DNA of 64,000 bases from Oscillospiraceae bacterium (GTDB taxonomy: Bacteria; Bacillota; Clostridia; Oscillospirales; Acutalibacteraceae), in the NCBI GenBank assembly GCA_015066005.1, contig SVPF01000002.1, positions 36,923 through 100,922 of the forward strand. The letters are read 5' to 3'. Below are positions 1 to 9,097 of the stretch, piece after piece (positions within the stretch are counted from its first letter, which is position 1; every line of letters begins with the position of its first letter). The translations under genes and the position numbers were made by a program. The notes beneath the pieces are model-generated. The model did not search any database and had not been told where the DNA came from. It saw nothing but the letters and a program-made list of their open reading frames with translations.

Positions 1-51
1 TTTATTTAACATTTCTTCATCTATTCTGATGGACAAGCTTTTAATAGCCAT
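1..51 (-). CDS. Partial CDS (first 17 codons, continues off the left edge); possible ribbon-helix-helix (CopG-like) protein
   Basis: The reverse strand reads GGGAG-N7-ATG, then MAIKSLSIRIDEEMLNK, and stays open to the window edge. The 'SIRIDEE.L' pattern resembles RHH N-termini. The fragment is too short for certainty. Confidence 0.3.
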   Translation of the reverse strand, partial: MAIKSLSIRIDEEMLNK

Positions 52-161
52 AAAATAACTCCCTTTAAAATTTAATTTATGTTTATTTTAGGCATAAAAT
101 ATGTTATAATGTTTAAAACGAACGCAAAATGTATTCAAAATATATTTAAAAGGGTGCTTTT

Positions 162-501
162 ATGCCAAGTTTAGTTAATGAAAGAATACGTTACTTAAGA
201 AAGCAAAGAAAATATTCGCAAAAATATGTAGCGAAAAAAATGAATATGAAGGTCAGCACATATTCTCAAATGGAAAGAGAAGGGAATATAACCTGCACTC
301 CTTAATTGCGTTGTGTGAAATTCTTGATGCGGATGTGTTAAATATTTTGTACGGTAAGGATATACCGCAAAAATATTATAAAGCCAATGAATTAACCGAA
401 GTAGCCTTTTTGAAAAATTGGTTTTATATGCGCTTCGCAATTTGCCGAAAGAAGAAAAACAAGAGGTTTTCGAGCTAATTTCAAAATATATTGTTTTGTA
501 A
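162..501 (+). pseudogene. XRE-family helix-turn-helix regulator, disrupted by two frameshifts (or two assembly indels)
   Basis: Frame 1 reads MPSLVNERIRYLRKQRKYSQKYVAKKMNMKVSTYSQMEREGNITCTP*, with the stop at 303-305. The HTH continues in another frame from about 299 (LIALCEILDADVLNILYGKD...). The C-terminus (NLPKEEKQEVFELISKYIVL*) lies in the third frame and ends at 501. Confidence 0.55.
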
Positions 502-533
502 TCCCGCATTTTTGAATGAATTAAAATAAACAC

Positions 534-562
534 TTGATTTTTGAAAGCGGTTGTGTTATAAT
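534..562 (+). promoter_or_regulatory. Sigma-A-type promoter upstream of rplS
   Basis: TTGATT (534-539), 17-nt spacer, TATAAT (557-562). Confidence 0.5.
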
Positions 563-569
563 CTTTGAG

Positions 570-691
570 CATGTGATTTCACTCGGTCCTTACGAGTGGG
601 TTCATTGCCGAAAAATTCGACATTGAAGCGGATGGTCCTCTGCCACTTGGTTTGGTTATGAACGTCTGTAAATTTTTAAGGAGGAAGAAAA
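570..691 (+). promoter_or_regulatory. 5' leader of rplS, candidate L19-leader-type autoregulatory element
   Basis: The leader is about 120 nt and lies between the promoter and the GGAGG RBS. It contains the hairpin CACTCG-gtcctta-CGAGTG. An Rfam L19_leader family is known upstream of rplS in Firmicutes. No covariance model was run. Confidence 0.35.
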
Positions 692-1033
692 ATGGACGCA
701 ATTAAGGAATTAACTGCTGAACAGCTCAAAAAAGACGTTCCCGAAATCTTAATCGGTTCTACCGTTAAGGTTCACGTTCGCATTAAGGAAGGCGAAAAGG
801 AAAGAATTCAGGTTTTCGAAGGCACTGTTATTGCTAAGAACAACAGCGGCATTGCCGAAACCTTCACCGTTCGTCGTGTTTCCTATGGCGTAGGCGTTGA
901 ACGTGTATTCCCTGTACATTCACCTTCAGTTGCTAAGGTTGAGCTTGTACGCAAGGGTAAGGTTCGCAGAGCTAAGCTCTACTATCTCCGTGATAGAGTT
1001 GGTAAAGCTGCAAAGGTTAAAGAAAAGATTTAA
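692..1033 (+). CDS. rplS: 50S ribosomal protein L19
   Basis: 113 aa. The full-length L19 pattern ([23 protein letters not shown]...N.G...TFTVRR.S.GVGVER.FP.HSP) is present, and AAGGAGG precedes the ATG. Confidence 0.97.
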   Translation: MDAIKELTAEQLKKDVPEILIGSTVKVHVRIKEGEKERIQVFEGTVIAKNNSGIAETFTVRRVSYGVGVERVFPVHSPSVAKVELVRKGKVRRAKLYYLRDRVGKAAKVKEKI

Positions 1034-1039
1034 TCTTGG

Positions 1040-1077
1040 AAGGGGGACGGGTAAGCACCTAGTCCCCCTTTGCTTTT
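1040..1077 (+). terminator. Rho-independent terminator after rplS
   Basis: Stem AAGGGGGAC / GTCCCCCTT followed by TGCTTTT. Confidence 0.6.
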
Positions 1078-1102
1078 ATGTAAATTTTAGGTGAGGTATG
1101 CT

Positions 1103-1750
1103 ATGCAAAACGGCACAAACAATTTTAACAACGGTTTTATAATTGATACCTCTTTTGTGGATAACGAGCTTCCCGAGGTGGAAAAGCTTGATCCTAAAAA
1201 GGAGCTTGTAGAATGGCTGGGCGTTGTCGCTTCGGCTTTAATAATTGTTGTTATTTTGTTCGGCTTTGTGTTCAGGGTTGCGGTTATCAGCGGCGACAGT
1301 ATGAAAAACACCCTTTTCGGTGGCGATGTGGTGGTAATTACCAATTTGAATTGCACCCCAAAGGAAGGCGATATTGTTGTTGTTTCCCGTAATGCTGAAA
1401 ATTCCCCCGAAAGCATGCGGGAGGAAAACGGCCCCATTATTAAGCGTGTAATTGCAACTGAATTTCAAGAGGTTAATATTGATTTTGAAACAGGTATCGT
1501 TTATGTGGATAATGTCCCTCTTAACGAGCCGTACATAAGCACACCCACTGTTGATCAGTATGATGTTAAGTTCCCCGTAACTGTGCCTGAAGGCTGCATT
1601 TTTGTGCTTGGTGATAACCGAGGTGTGTCACTTGACAGCCGCAGCAGCCGTATAGGGGACGGCGGTATGATTGATACACGCTATGTTTTGGGTCACGCAG
1701 TTTACAGGGTTTTCCCATTTAACCGAATGGGAGGGTTAGATAAAAAATGA
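1103..1750 (+). CDS. lepB: Signal peptidase I
   Basis: An N-terminal TM segment is followed by the catalytic 'SGDSM' and 'GDNRGVSLDSR' boxes. The ATG at 1103 has a GGTGAGG RBS, so I prefer it over the track's GTG at 1091. Confidence 0.9.
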   Translation: MQNGTNNFNNGFIIDTSFVDNELPEVEKLDPKKELVEWLGVVASALIIVVILFGFVFRVAVISGDSMKNTLFGGDVVVITNLNCTPKEGDIVVVSRNAENSPESMREENGPIIKRVIATEFQEVNIDFETGIVYVDNVPLNEPYISTPTVDQYDVKFPVTVPEGCIFVLGDNRGVSLDSRSSRIGDGGMIDTRYVLGHAVYRVFPFNRMGGLDKK

Positions 1751-2616
1751 GTGAAAATTCACAAAGCATTCAATGGTTTCCGGGGCATATGGCCAAAACC
1801 AAGCGCAAAATCAAAGAGGTTTTACCCATAATTGATGCCGTGGCCGAGGTGGTGGATGCAAGAATTCCGCTTTCCTCCCGCAACCCCGATTTATTTGATA
1901 TTATTGAAAATAAGCCTTATATAATTTTGCTTAATAAGTGTGATATGGCCGACCCCGCCGCCACTAAGGAATGGATTGATTTTTATAAAGCACAGGGTAT
2001 TACTGCAATTGCGGTCGACTGCAAAAGCGGTAAGGGTCTTAACACCTTTAAAGATAGTGTAAAAGCCACCCTTTCGGACAAGCTGGAAAGCTATAAAGAA
2101 AAGGGAATGGTGGGCAAGCCCCTTCGTGTAATGGTTGTGGGCATACCAAACGTTGGTAAATCGTCCTTTATAAACAAAATTTCGGGTAAAACCCGTGCCA
2201 AAGCCGAAAATCGCCCCGGTGTTACAAGGGGAAATCAATGGTTTACTATTGATAAACAGCTTGAATTATTGGACACCCCCGGTGTTTTATGGCCCAAGTT
2301 TGAGGACCAAACAGTTGGCGAGCATTTGGCAGTCACAGGCGCCGTTAAGGACAGAATTTTAGATACCGAGCTGTTGGCAATGCGCCTTATTGAAATTTTA
2401 AGTGAAGGCTATAGGGAGTTATTAATTGCGCGCTACGGTCAGTTGGATTTTGATGCCGACAGCTATGAAATTCTTTGTCAAATCGGTAAAAAGCGCGGAA
2501 TGGTTATCCGTGGAGGAGAAACCGATACTGAACGTGCGGCAAATATGCTGCTTGAAGAATACCGAAACCAAAAAATCGGTAATATCACTTTAGAAAGGGT
2601 ATGTGACAATGCCTGA
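1747..2616 (+). CDS. rbgA: Ribosome biogenesis GTPase A (YlqF/RbgA)
   Basis: 'QWFPGHMAK' N-terminus with circularly permuted GTPase motifs (NKCD ... GIPNVGKSSFIN ... DTPG). It sits in the conserved lepB-rbgA-rnhB synteny. Confidence 0.92.
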   Translation: MSENSQSIQWFPGHMAKTKRKIKEVLPIIDAVAEVVDARIPLSSRNPDLFDIIENKPYIILLNKCDMADPAATKEWIDFYKAQGITAIAVDCKSGKGLNTFKDSVKATLSDKLESYKEKGMVGKPLRVMVVGIPNVGKSSFINKISGKTRAKAENRPGVTRGNQWFTIDKQLELLDTPGVLWPKFEDQTVGEHLAVTGAVKDRILDTELLAMRLIEILSEGYRELLIARYGQLDFDADSYEILCQIGKKRGMVIRGGETDTERAANMLLEEYRNQKIGNITLERVCDNA

Positions 2617-3217
2617 TTACAGTTATGAAAAAGCCGCTGCTACCAGCGGCTTTAAGTTGATATGTGGTGTTGATGAAGCGGGACGCGGTCCGTTGGCGGG
2701 CCCTGTTTGCGCCGCTGCCGTGATCTTGCCTGAGGATTTAGAAATTCCCGGTCTTAACGATTCTAAAAAGATTAGCGAAAAAAAGCGTGAACAGCTTTAT
2801 GATGTAATAACCGAAAAGGCGCTTGCTTACTGTGTGGCCTACGGCACTTTAGAGGAAATTGAAGAAAAAAACATTCTCAAGGCGACATTTTTGGCAATGA
2901 ACCGCGCTATTGAGGGCTTAAAAATTAAGGCCGATTTTGCCCTTATTGACGGCAATAAAATCCCTGACGGTATTAAGGTTCCTGCGGCGGCAATTGTTAA
3001 GGGGGATGCAAAGTCGATGTCAATTGCGGCGGCCTCCATTCTTGCAAAGGTCAGCCGTGACAGGCTTCTTATGGAATATGACCAAAAATACCCTGAATAT
3101 CAGTTTGCAAAGCACAAGGGCTACGGCACAAAATTACATACCGATTTAATTAAAGAGCACGGCCCGTGCGAAATTCACCGCCTTTCATTTTTAAAGAACA
3201 TTTTGGGTGAAAAGTAA
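2603..3217 (+). CDS. rnhB: Ribonuclease HII
   Basis: 'GVDEAGRGPLAGPV' and 'DSKK' motifs, 204 aa. Confidence 0.93.
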   Translation: MTMPDYSYEKAAATSGFKLICGVDEAGRGPLAGPVCAAAVILPEDLEIPGLNDSKKISEKKREQLYDVITEKALAYCVAYGTLEEIEEKNILKATFLAMNRAIEGLKIKADFALIDGNKIPDGIKVPAAAIVKGDAKSMSIAAASILAKVSRDRLLMEYDQKYPEYQFAKHKGYGTKLHTDLIKEHGPCEIHRLSFLKNILGEK

Positions 3218-3579
3218 TGAATGTTGGTGAGGTCGGAATTCAGGGCGAAAAGCGGGTTGCACATTTTTTGCGACAGCGCGGCTTTAATGTTATAAAACGC
3301 AATTATCAGTGCCGATTCGGTGAAATTGACATAATTGCCGAAAACGGCGAATATATTCTTTTTGTTGAGGTTAAAACCCGCAAGCAAAACGCCTTAATTT
3401 CGGGTGTTGAAGCGGTTGACAGTCATAAGCAGTCACGCATTACCCTTTCTGCGCAGGACTATATTTCAAAAACCCTTTGCGAAAAGCAGCCGCGTTTTGA
3501 CGTGGCCGAGGTCACTGTTTGTGAAAAAAGTGACGGCAGTGTGGGTTATAGCCTTAAATACATTGAAAATGCGTTTTAG
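3217..3579 (+). CDS. YraN-family (UPF0102) endonuclease-like protein
   Basis: 120 aa with the 'GE.DIIA...........FVEVK.R' restriction-endonuclease-like core. It follows rnhB, as is typical. Confidence 0.85.
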   Translation: MNVGEVGIQGEKRVAHFLRQRGFNVIKRNYQCRFGEIDIIAENGEYILFVEVKTRKQNALISGVEAVDSHKQSRITLSAQDYISKTLCEKQPRFDVAEVTVCEKSDGSVGYSLKYIENAF

Positions 3580-3586
3580 GTGAGCT

Positions 3587-4426
3587 ATGAATTTTTTTGA
3601 TTTGCATTGTGACACGGCTTATAAAATGTATACTCAAAATCAAGGCTTTTATAAAAATAACCTTGCAGTTTCGGGTAAAAAGGGTGAAATTTTTGATAAT
3701 TGGTATCAAACCCTTGCGGTGTGGCTGCCCGACCAAACCGAAAATCCCTTTGATTTTTATAAAGCGGTGCTTTCAAATTTAAAAAACAATTTAAGCGGTA
3801 AGGTTAATCCCGTTTTTTCGGTTGAAGGCGGTACCGTTTTGGAAAACAACGCCGACCGACTTTACGCCCTTAACGCCGACGGTATTAAATTTTTAACTCT
3901 TACCTGGAACGGCGAAAACGCTATTGCGGGAGGCAGTAAAAGTGATAAGGGACTAACAAGCTTCGGTAAAGCGGTTATTGAAAAAATGAACAGGCTTAAT
4001 ATGGCGGTGGATGTTTCACACCTTAACGATAAAAGCTTTTATAGGGTTATTGAGCTTTCCGAAAAACTGCTTGCAAGTCACAGCAATTGCCGCAGCGTTT
4101 GTAATGTTCCCCGTAATTTGAGTGATGAACAAATTAAGCTTATTTGCGAAAAAAACGGCATTATAGGGCTTAATTTTTACCCCGCATTTTTAGGGGAAAA
4201 GCCAATGGAAAAAATATATGAAAACATTTTTCATTTGTGTGAAATGGGACTTGAAAGCAATATTGCCATCGGGTCCGATTTTGATGGGGCCGATATGTGT
4301 GAAGATTTATCAAACATCACAAAAATCCCGAATTTATATGCCTTTCTAAAGAGTAAAGGGCTTAATGACAGCCTTCTTAATAAAATTTTTTATAAAAATG
4401 CCTATGAATTCTATTTAAACCTTTGA
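3587..4426 (+). CDS. Membrane (renal-type, M19) dipeptidase family protein
   Basis: 'FDLHCDT' N-terminus, then 'DVSHL', 'SHSN' and 'GSDFDG' motifs. Confidence 0.8.
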   Translation: MNFFDLHCDTAYKMYTQNQGFYKNNLAVSGKKGEIFDNWYQTLAVWLPDQTENPFDFYKAVLSNLKNNLSGKVNPVFSVEGGTVLENNADRLYALNADGIKFLTLTWNGENAIAGGSKSDKGLTSFGKAVIEKMNRLNMAVDVSHLNDKSFYRVIELSEKLLASHSNCRSVCNVPRNLSDEQIKLICEKNGIIGLNFYPAFLGEKPMEKIYENIFHLCEMGLESNIAIGSDFDGADMCEDLSNITKIPNLYAFLKSKGLNDSLLNKIFYKNAYEFYLNL

Positions 4427-4485
4427 CAAACGGGGTTTATTATAATAAAATAACAAGGTAGTTTAAATGTTAGGATGAAAATTTT

Positions 4486-5976
4486 ATGAATTACATCAGT
4501 ACAAGAAACAAGCAAGTAAAAACCACTGCCGCAGGCGCTATTTCTCAGGGTATTTCGGTTGAGGGCGGTCTTTTCGTGCCCGACAGCTTTCCCGTTTTTA
4601 CAAAGGCTGATTTTGAAGCCCTTTGTGAAATGGATTACATCGGTCGCGCAAAGTATGTTTTAAAGAATTTTCTTAATGATTTTACCGATGATGAAATTGA
4701 CTATTGCGTAAAGGGCGCATATACAGGCAGCTTTGATAATGAACAGCCTGCCCCCATCTCGCTTTTGGGTGAAAATGCAAATGTGTTAGAGCTTTGGCAC
4801 GGCCCGACCTGTGCTTTTAAGGATTTGGCGCTTCAGCTTTTGCCTTATCTTTTAACCACATCGGCAAAAAAGGTGTCGGCAGGCAAAAAAATTGTAATTT
4901 TGGTTGCAACCTCGGGCGATACGGGTAAGGCCGCACTTGAAGGCTTTTGCGATGTTGAAAACACCGAAATTATGGTGTTTTACCCCAGTGACGGTGTAAG
5001 CCCAATGCAAAAATTACAAATGGATTCGCAAAAGGGTGAAAACGTTCACGTTTGCGCTATTAAGGGTAACTTTGACGATGCCCAAACAGGCGTTAAAAAG
5101 ATTTTTACCAACAACGACGTTAAGGCCAAATTAGAGCAAAACAATATGCAGTTTTCTTCGGCAAACTCAATTAACTGGGGCCGACTTGCACCGCAAATTG
5201 TTTACTATGTTTCGGCTTATTGCGATTTGTTAAAGCGCGAGGGTGACTACCTTAAGGATGGCTTTAATATTGTTGTTCCCACAGGTAACTTCGGTAACAT
5301 TCTTGCCGCTTACTATGCAAAGAAAATGGGTGTTCCGGTTAAAAAGCTTATTTGCGCTTCAAACCAGAATAATGTTTTAACCGACTTTATAAACACAGGT
5401 AAATACGATCGCAACCGCAGCTTCTTTACAACAATTTCACCTTCAATGGATATTTTAATTTCCTCTAACCTTGAAAGAATGTTGTTTGAGCTTAGCGGTG
5501 AGGATGATACTGCGGTAGCGGCAATGCAAAAGTCCCTTAGTGACAACGGCACCTTTACCGTAAGTGATGAAATTAAGGCTAAAATGAATGAAGTTTTCTG
5601 GGGCGGCTGCTGTGACGATGCCGAAACCCTTAAAACCATTGGCGATTTGTTTAATGAATACGGTTACCTTTGCGATACTCATACTGCTGTTGCCATGAAT
5701 GTTTATAAGCAGTATATCGAAAAAACAGGGGATAACATTCCAACCGTTATTGCTTCAACCGCTTCTCCTTATAAGTTTGCTGCAAGCGTTTTGAATGCTG
5801 TAAGTGATAAAAAGGGCGAAAGTGAATTTGACACCGTTCGTGTGCTTTCGAATGAAACCAAGACCGAAATTCCCGCTCCAATCGCTGCGCTTGAAAACGC
5901 AACCGTTCGCTTTAAGGAAATTTGCGAAAAAGAAAATATGTTAAATGCTGTTTATTCGGCTTTAAATATCGAATAA
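4486..5976 (+). CDS. thrC: Threonine synthase (long form)
   Basis: 496 aa with 'YISTR' near the N-terminus, the PLP-lysine context 'HGPTCAFKDLALQ', and 'SGDTGKA'. Confidence 0.93.
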   Translation: MNYISTRNKQVKTTAAGAISQGISVEGGLFVPDSFPVFTKADFEALCEMDYIGRAKYVLKNFLNDFTDDEIDYCVKGAYTGSFDNEQPAPISLLGENANVLELWHGPTCAFKDLALQLLPYLLTTSAKKVSAGKKIVILVATSGDTGKAALEGFCDVENTEIMVFYPSDGVSPMQKLQMDSQKGENVHVCAIKGNFDDAQTGVKKIFTNNDVKAKLEQNNMQFSSANSINWGRLAPQIVYYVSAYCDLLKREGDYLKDGFNIVVPTGNFGNILAAYYAKKMGVPVKKLICASNQNNVLTDFINTGKYDRNRSFFTTISPSMDILISSNLERMLFELSGEDDTAVAAMQKSLSDNGTFTVSDEIKAKMNEVFWGGCCDDAETLKTIGDLFNEYGYLCDTHTAVAMNVYKQYIEKTGDNIPTVIASTASPYKFAASVLNAVSDKKGESEFDTVRVLSNETKTEIPAPIAALENATVRFKEICEKENMLNAVYSALNIE

Positions 5977-5980
5977 TAAA

Positions 5981-6007
5981 AAAGCCGCTGCTTATCACAG
6001 CGGCTTT
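5981..6007. terminator. Bidirectional terminator hairpin between thrC and the DUF1540 gene
   Basis: AAAGCCGCTG-cttatca-CAGCGGCTTT, flanked by an A-run and a T-run. Confidence 0.7.
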
Positions 6008-6019
6008 TAAAAACTTGAT

Positions 6020-6181
6020 TTATTTTGCTTTGAAGGTATCACAGCAGGTGTCTTCAGCGGAGGAAGCCATACCGTTACCAACGTGAATTTTGCCTGCTGA
6101 ACAGGTGTTATTTGCTGCGTGGTACATACAGTTTTTTACATCGCAGGAAATGCATACATTACTTTCACATTTGTTTTCCAT
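6020..6181 (-). CDS. Small Cys-rich DUF1540-like protein (53 aa; below the ORF-track cutoff)
   Basis: My own translation is MENKCESNVCISCDVKNCMYHAANNTCSAGKIHVGNGMASSAEDTCCDTFKAK*. A GGAAAGGA RBS lies upstream and the shared terminator lies downstream. The 'C..C.V..C.Y......C.A..I.V' spacing fits DUF1540. Confidence 0.6.
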   Translation of the reverse strand: MENKCESNVCISCDVKNCMYHAANNTCSAGKIHVGNGMASSAEDTCCDTFKAK

Positions 6182-6265
6182 TTATAATCAAGTCCTTTCC
6201 GACCGTTACGGTCCTTACTATTATGCATTGAAATTTTAAAATTATACGAAAGGGGAGAATTTTTA

Positions 6266-6946
6266 TTGAGCATTTATGCAATTTCGGATTTACATTTGTC
6301 CTTTGGAGGTAATAAACCAATGGATATTTTTCGCGGCTGGGGCAACCATACCGAAAGAATAAAGGCTAATTGGTGTCGTTTAATTAGCGAAAACGATACG
6401 GTAATTCTCCCGGGGGATTTTTCGTGGGGGTTAAAGCTGGCTGAAACCTTGGAGGATTTTAAATTTTTAGAAAGCCTGCCCGGCAAAAAGGTTATCTTAA
6501 AGGGTAATCACGATTTGTGGTGGTCAACTGTTAAAAAGCTACGCGAATTTTTTGAAGCAAATAACATAAAATCGGTTGAAATTTTGTTTAATAACACCGT
6601 CATCGCCGACGGCTACGCCATTGCGGGTACACGCGGCTGGTTTTATGATGATAAGGCTGATAAAAAAATAATTGCGCGCGAGGTTGGCAGGCTTGAAGCA
6701 TCTTTAAAAGCCGCTGAAAGCACGAATCTTCCCGTTTTGGTGTTTTTACATTACCCGCCGGTATATAATCTTGATGTTTGCCACGAAATTTTTGACGTTA
6801 TAAAGGCGCATAATGTTAAAACTGTTTATCACGGGCATATACACGGCGCAGGGCTTAACAATGCCGTTAAAGAATACGACGGTGTCGAATTTAAGCTTAT
6901 TTCCTGTGATTGTGTCGATTTTACGCCTGTTTTTGTTGCTAAATAA
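6266..6946 (+). CDS. Metallophosphoesterase (calcineurin-like) family protein
   Basis: Motifs 'SDLH', 'GDFSW', 'GNHD' and 'GHIHG'. The start codon is TTG, preceded by GGGGAG. Confidence 0.8.
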   Translation: MSIYAISDLHLSFGGNKPMDIFRGWGNHTERIKANWCRLISENDTVILPGDFSWGLKLAETLEDFKFLESLPGKKVILKGNHDLWWSTVKKLREFFEANNIKSVEILFNNTVIADGYAIAGTRGWFYDDKADKKIIAREVGRLEASLKAAESTNLPVLVFLHYPPVYNLDVCHEIFDVIKAHNVKTVYHGHIHGAGLNNAVKEYDGVEFKLISCDCVDFTPVFVAK

Positions 6947-7046
6947 ATATATTTAAAATATTATTAAAAAAATAGTGGAAAAAATTGCAAGACTGTGGTA
7001 TAATAGTTCGGCACAAAATTTGCATACTTTATGCGGAGGTATAAAA

Positions 7047-8420
7047 ATGACTTTAAAAGAAACAAAAAATTTAAGCGCTAACAGATATGAGCTTACAATT
7101 GCTATCAGCGCTGAAGAATTAGCTGAAGGTGTTAGAAAGGCATATGAAAGCAGAAAGGCTGACATTTCTATCCCCGGTTTCCGTAAGGGTAAGGTTCCCT
7201 TTGCAATGGTTGTTAAAATGTACGGTGAGGAAGCATTTTATGAAGATGCTCTCAACATCCTTTATCCCGATGCAGTAGATGCTGCTATTAAGGAATCCGG
7301 CCTTAAGGTAATTAACGATAAAATGGATACTGATATTGAATCCATCTCTAAGGAAGAGGGCGTTGTTTTAAAGGTTGCTCTTACTACTTATCCCGAAATT
7401 GAAATTGGCGAATACAAGGGCCTCAAGGCTGAAAAGGTTATCGCTAAGGTAGAAGACAGCGAGGTTGACGCGCAGGTTAATGCTATGGCTCAGCGTAATG
7501 CTCGTATGGTATCTGTAGAAGACCGTGCAGCTCAAATGGGTGACACTGCAGTTATTGACTTTGAAGGCTTTAAGGACGGCGTTGCATTTGAAGGCGGCAA
7601 GGGCGAAGGCTATTCATTAGAACTTGGCTCAGGCTCCTTTATCCCCGGCTTTGAAGAACAAATCGTAGGTAAGAACATTGGTGATGAATTTGACATCAAC
7701 GTTACCTTCCCCGAAGAATACGGCGCAGAAGACCTTGCAGGCAAGGAAGCAACCTTCAAGATTAAGCTTCACGAAATCAAGTTCCAGGAGCTCCCCGAAA
7801 TTGATGACGAATTTGCTAAGGACGTAAGCGAATTTGATACTTTGGCTGAGCTTAAGGCTGACATTAAGGAAAAGGCACTTGCCCAAAAGACCAAGATTGC
7901 TGAAGAAGAGGCCGAAAATGACCTTGTTCAGCAAATTGTTGACAGCATTAAGGGCGAAATTCCCGAAGCTATGTTTGAAAGCCGCTTACAGCAAAGCGTT
8001 GAAGAATTTGGCTACAGACTTCAAATGCAGGGCTTAGACCTTGACACCTATCTTAAGTATTCCGGCACTTCTATGGATGATTTCAAGGCTACCTTCCGTC
8101 CTCAAGCCGAAGCACAGGTTAAGTTCCGCCTTGCTCTTGAAAAGATTGTTGAGCTTGAAAACATCGAAGCCAGCGATGAAGCAATTGAAGCTGAATTCAA
8201 GAAGATGGCTGAAGCTTACAATATGGAAGTTGAAGCTGTAAAGAACGCTGTTCCCGCAAGTGAGCTTGCTAAGGATGTGGCTGTTCAGAAGGCTATCGAC
8301 TTTATTAAAGAAAATGCAGTTATTACCGAAGTAGAAGCAAAGACTGAAAAGAAGCCTGCTGCTAAGAAAAAGACTGCTGCAAAGAAAACCACCAAAAAGG
8401 CAGAGGAAGCTGCTGAATAA
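7047..8420 (+). CDS. tig: Trigger factor
   Basis: Contains 'IPGFRKGKVP' and an FKBP-type PPIase region, and has a Lys/Ala-rich tail. The ATG at 7047 follows GGAGG. The track's upstream extension from 6975 has no RBS. Confidence 0.95.
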   Translation: MTLKETKNLSANRYELTIAISAEELAEGVRKAYESRKADISIPGFRKGKVPFAMVVKMYGEEAFYEDALNILYPDAVDAAIKESGLKVINDKMDTDIESISKEEGVVLKVALTTYPEIEIGEYKGLKAEKVIAKVEDSEVDAQVNAMAQRNARMVSVEDRAAQMGDTAVIDFEGFKDGVAFEGGKGEGYSLELGSGSFIPGFEEQIVGKNIGDEFDINVTFPEEYGAEDLAGKEATFKIKLHEIKFQELPEIDDEFAKDVSEFDTLAELKADIKEKALAQKTKIAEEEAENDLVQQIVDSIKGEIPEAMFESRLQQSVEEFGYRLQMQGLDLDTYLKYSGTSMDDFKATFRPQAEAQVKFRLALEKIVELENIEASDEAIEAEFKKMAEAYNMEVEAVKNAVPASELAKDVAVQKAIDFIKENAVITEVEAKTEKKPAAKKKTAAKKTTKKAEEAAE

Positions 8421-8464
8421 TTGATTATAAACCGTTAAAAAGGTTCATAATATTTAAAGATACC

Positions 8465-8492
8465 GCCGGCACAATTCCGTGCCGGCAATTTT
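8465..8492 (+). terminator. Terminator after tig
   Basis: GCCGGCAC-aattcc-GTGCCGGC followed by AATTTT. Confidence 0.6.
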
Positions 8493-8509
8493 AAAAAGGA
8501 GTGTATTTT

Positions 8510-9091
8510 ATGAGTTTTGTACCTTATGTTATTGAACAAACAAGTAGAGGAGAGCGTTCATACGACATATTTTCCCGTCTTTTAAACGACCGCATCATTA
8601 TGCTTAACGGCGAAGTTAACGATGCATCGGCGAGCGTTGTAATTGCTCAAATGCTTTATCTTGAAGGTCAGGACCCTGATAAAGACATTAACTTTTACAT
8701 TAACAGCCCCGGTGGCTCGGTTTCAGCCGGTATGGCTATTTATGACACAATGCAGTACATTAAGTGTGATGTAAGCACTATTTGTATGGGTATGGCCGCA
8801 AGCATGGGCGCATTTCTTTTATCTGCAGGTGCAAAGGGTAAGCGCTTGGCACTTCCCAACAGCGAAATTATGATTCATCAGCCTCTCGGCGGTGCAAAGG
8901 GTCAGGCAACCGAAATTTTAATTGCCGCAAAGCATATTGAGCGCACCCGTGCAAACTTAAACCGCATTTTGTCTGAAAATACAGGCAGAAGCCTTGAAGA
9001 AATTGAACGCGATACCGAACGCGACAACTTTATGACAGCTCAGGAAGCGCTTGAGTACGGTCTTGTTGATAAAGTAATTACTAAGAGGTAA
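8510..9091 (+). CDS. clpP: ATP-dependent Clp protease proteolytic subunit
   Basis: '[18 protein letters not shown]', catalytic Ser in 'AASMGA' and His in 'MIHQP'. I prefer the ATG at 8510 (MSFVPYVIE). Confidence 0.96.
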   Translation: MSFVPYVIEQTSRGERSYDIFSRLLNDRIIMLNGEVNDASASVVIAQMLYLEGQDPDKDINFYINSPGGSVSAGMAIYDTMQYIKCDVSTICMGMAASMGAFLLSAGAKGKRLALPNSEIMIHQPLGGAKGQATEILIAAKHIERTRANLNRILSENTGRSLEEIERDTERDNFMTAQEALEYGLVDKVITKR

Positions 9092-9097
9092 TAAATA

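Noticed and set aside
195-572. A 125-aa minus-strand ORF at the left end.
   Set aside because: It is antisense to the recognisable, frameshifted XRE gene. It is Lys/Phe/Ile-rich junk spanning the rplS promoter, and it has no RBS.
6975-7046. N-terminal extensions in the ORF track for tig (6975), feoB (38950), nrdD (60401), the M23 peptidase (26207), hemW (15193), clpP (8501), pyrH (16180), tsf (43294), sufC (47589), lepB (1091) and nrdG (62703).
   Set aside because: The extensions overlap promoters, terminators or the upstream gene and lack an RBS. In each case an internal ATG or TTG with a GGAGG-type RBS matches the family N-terminus.
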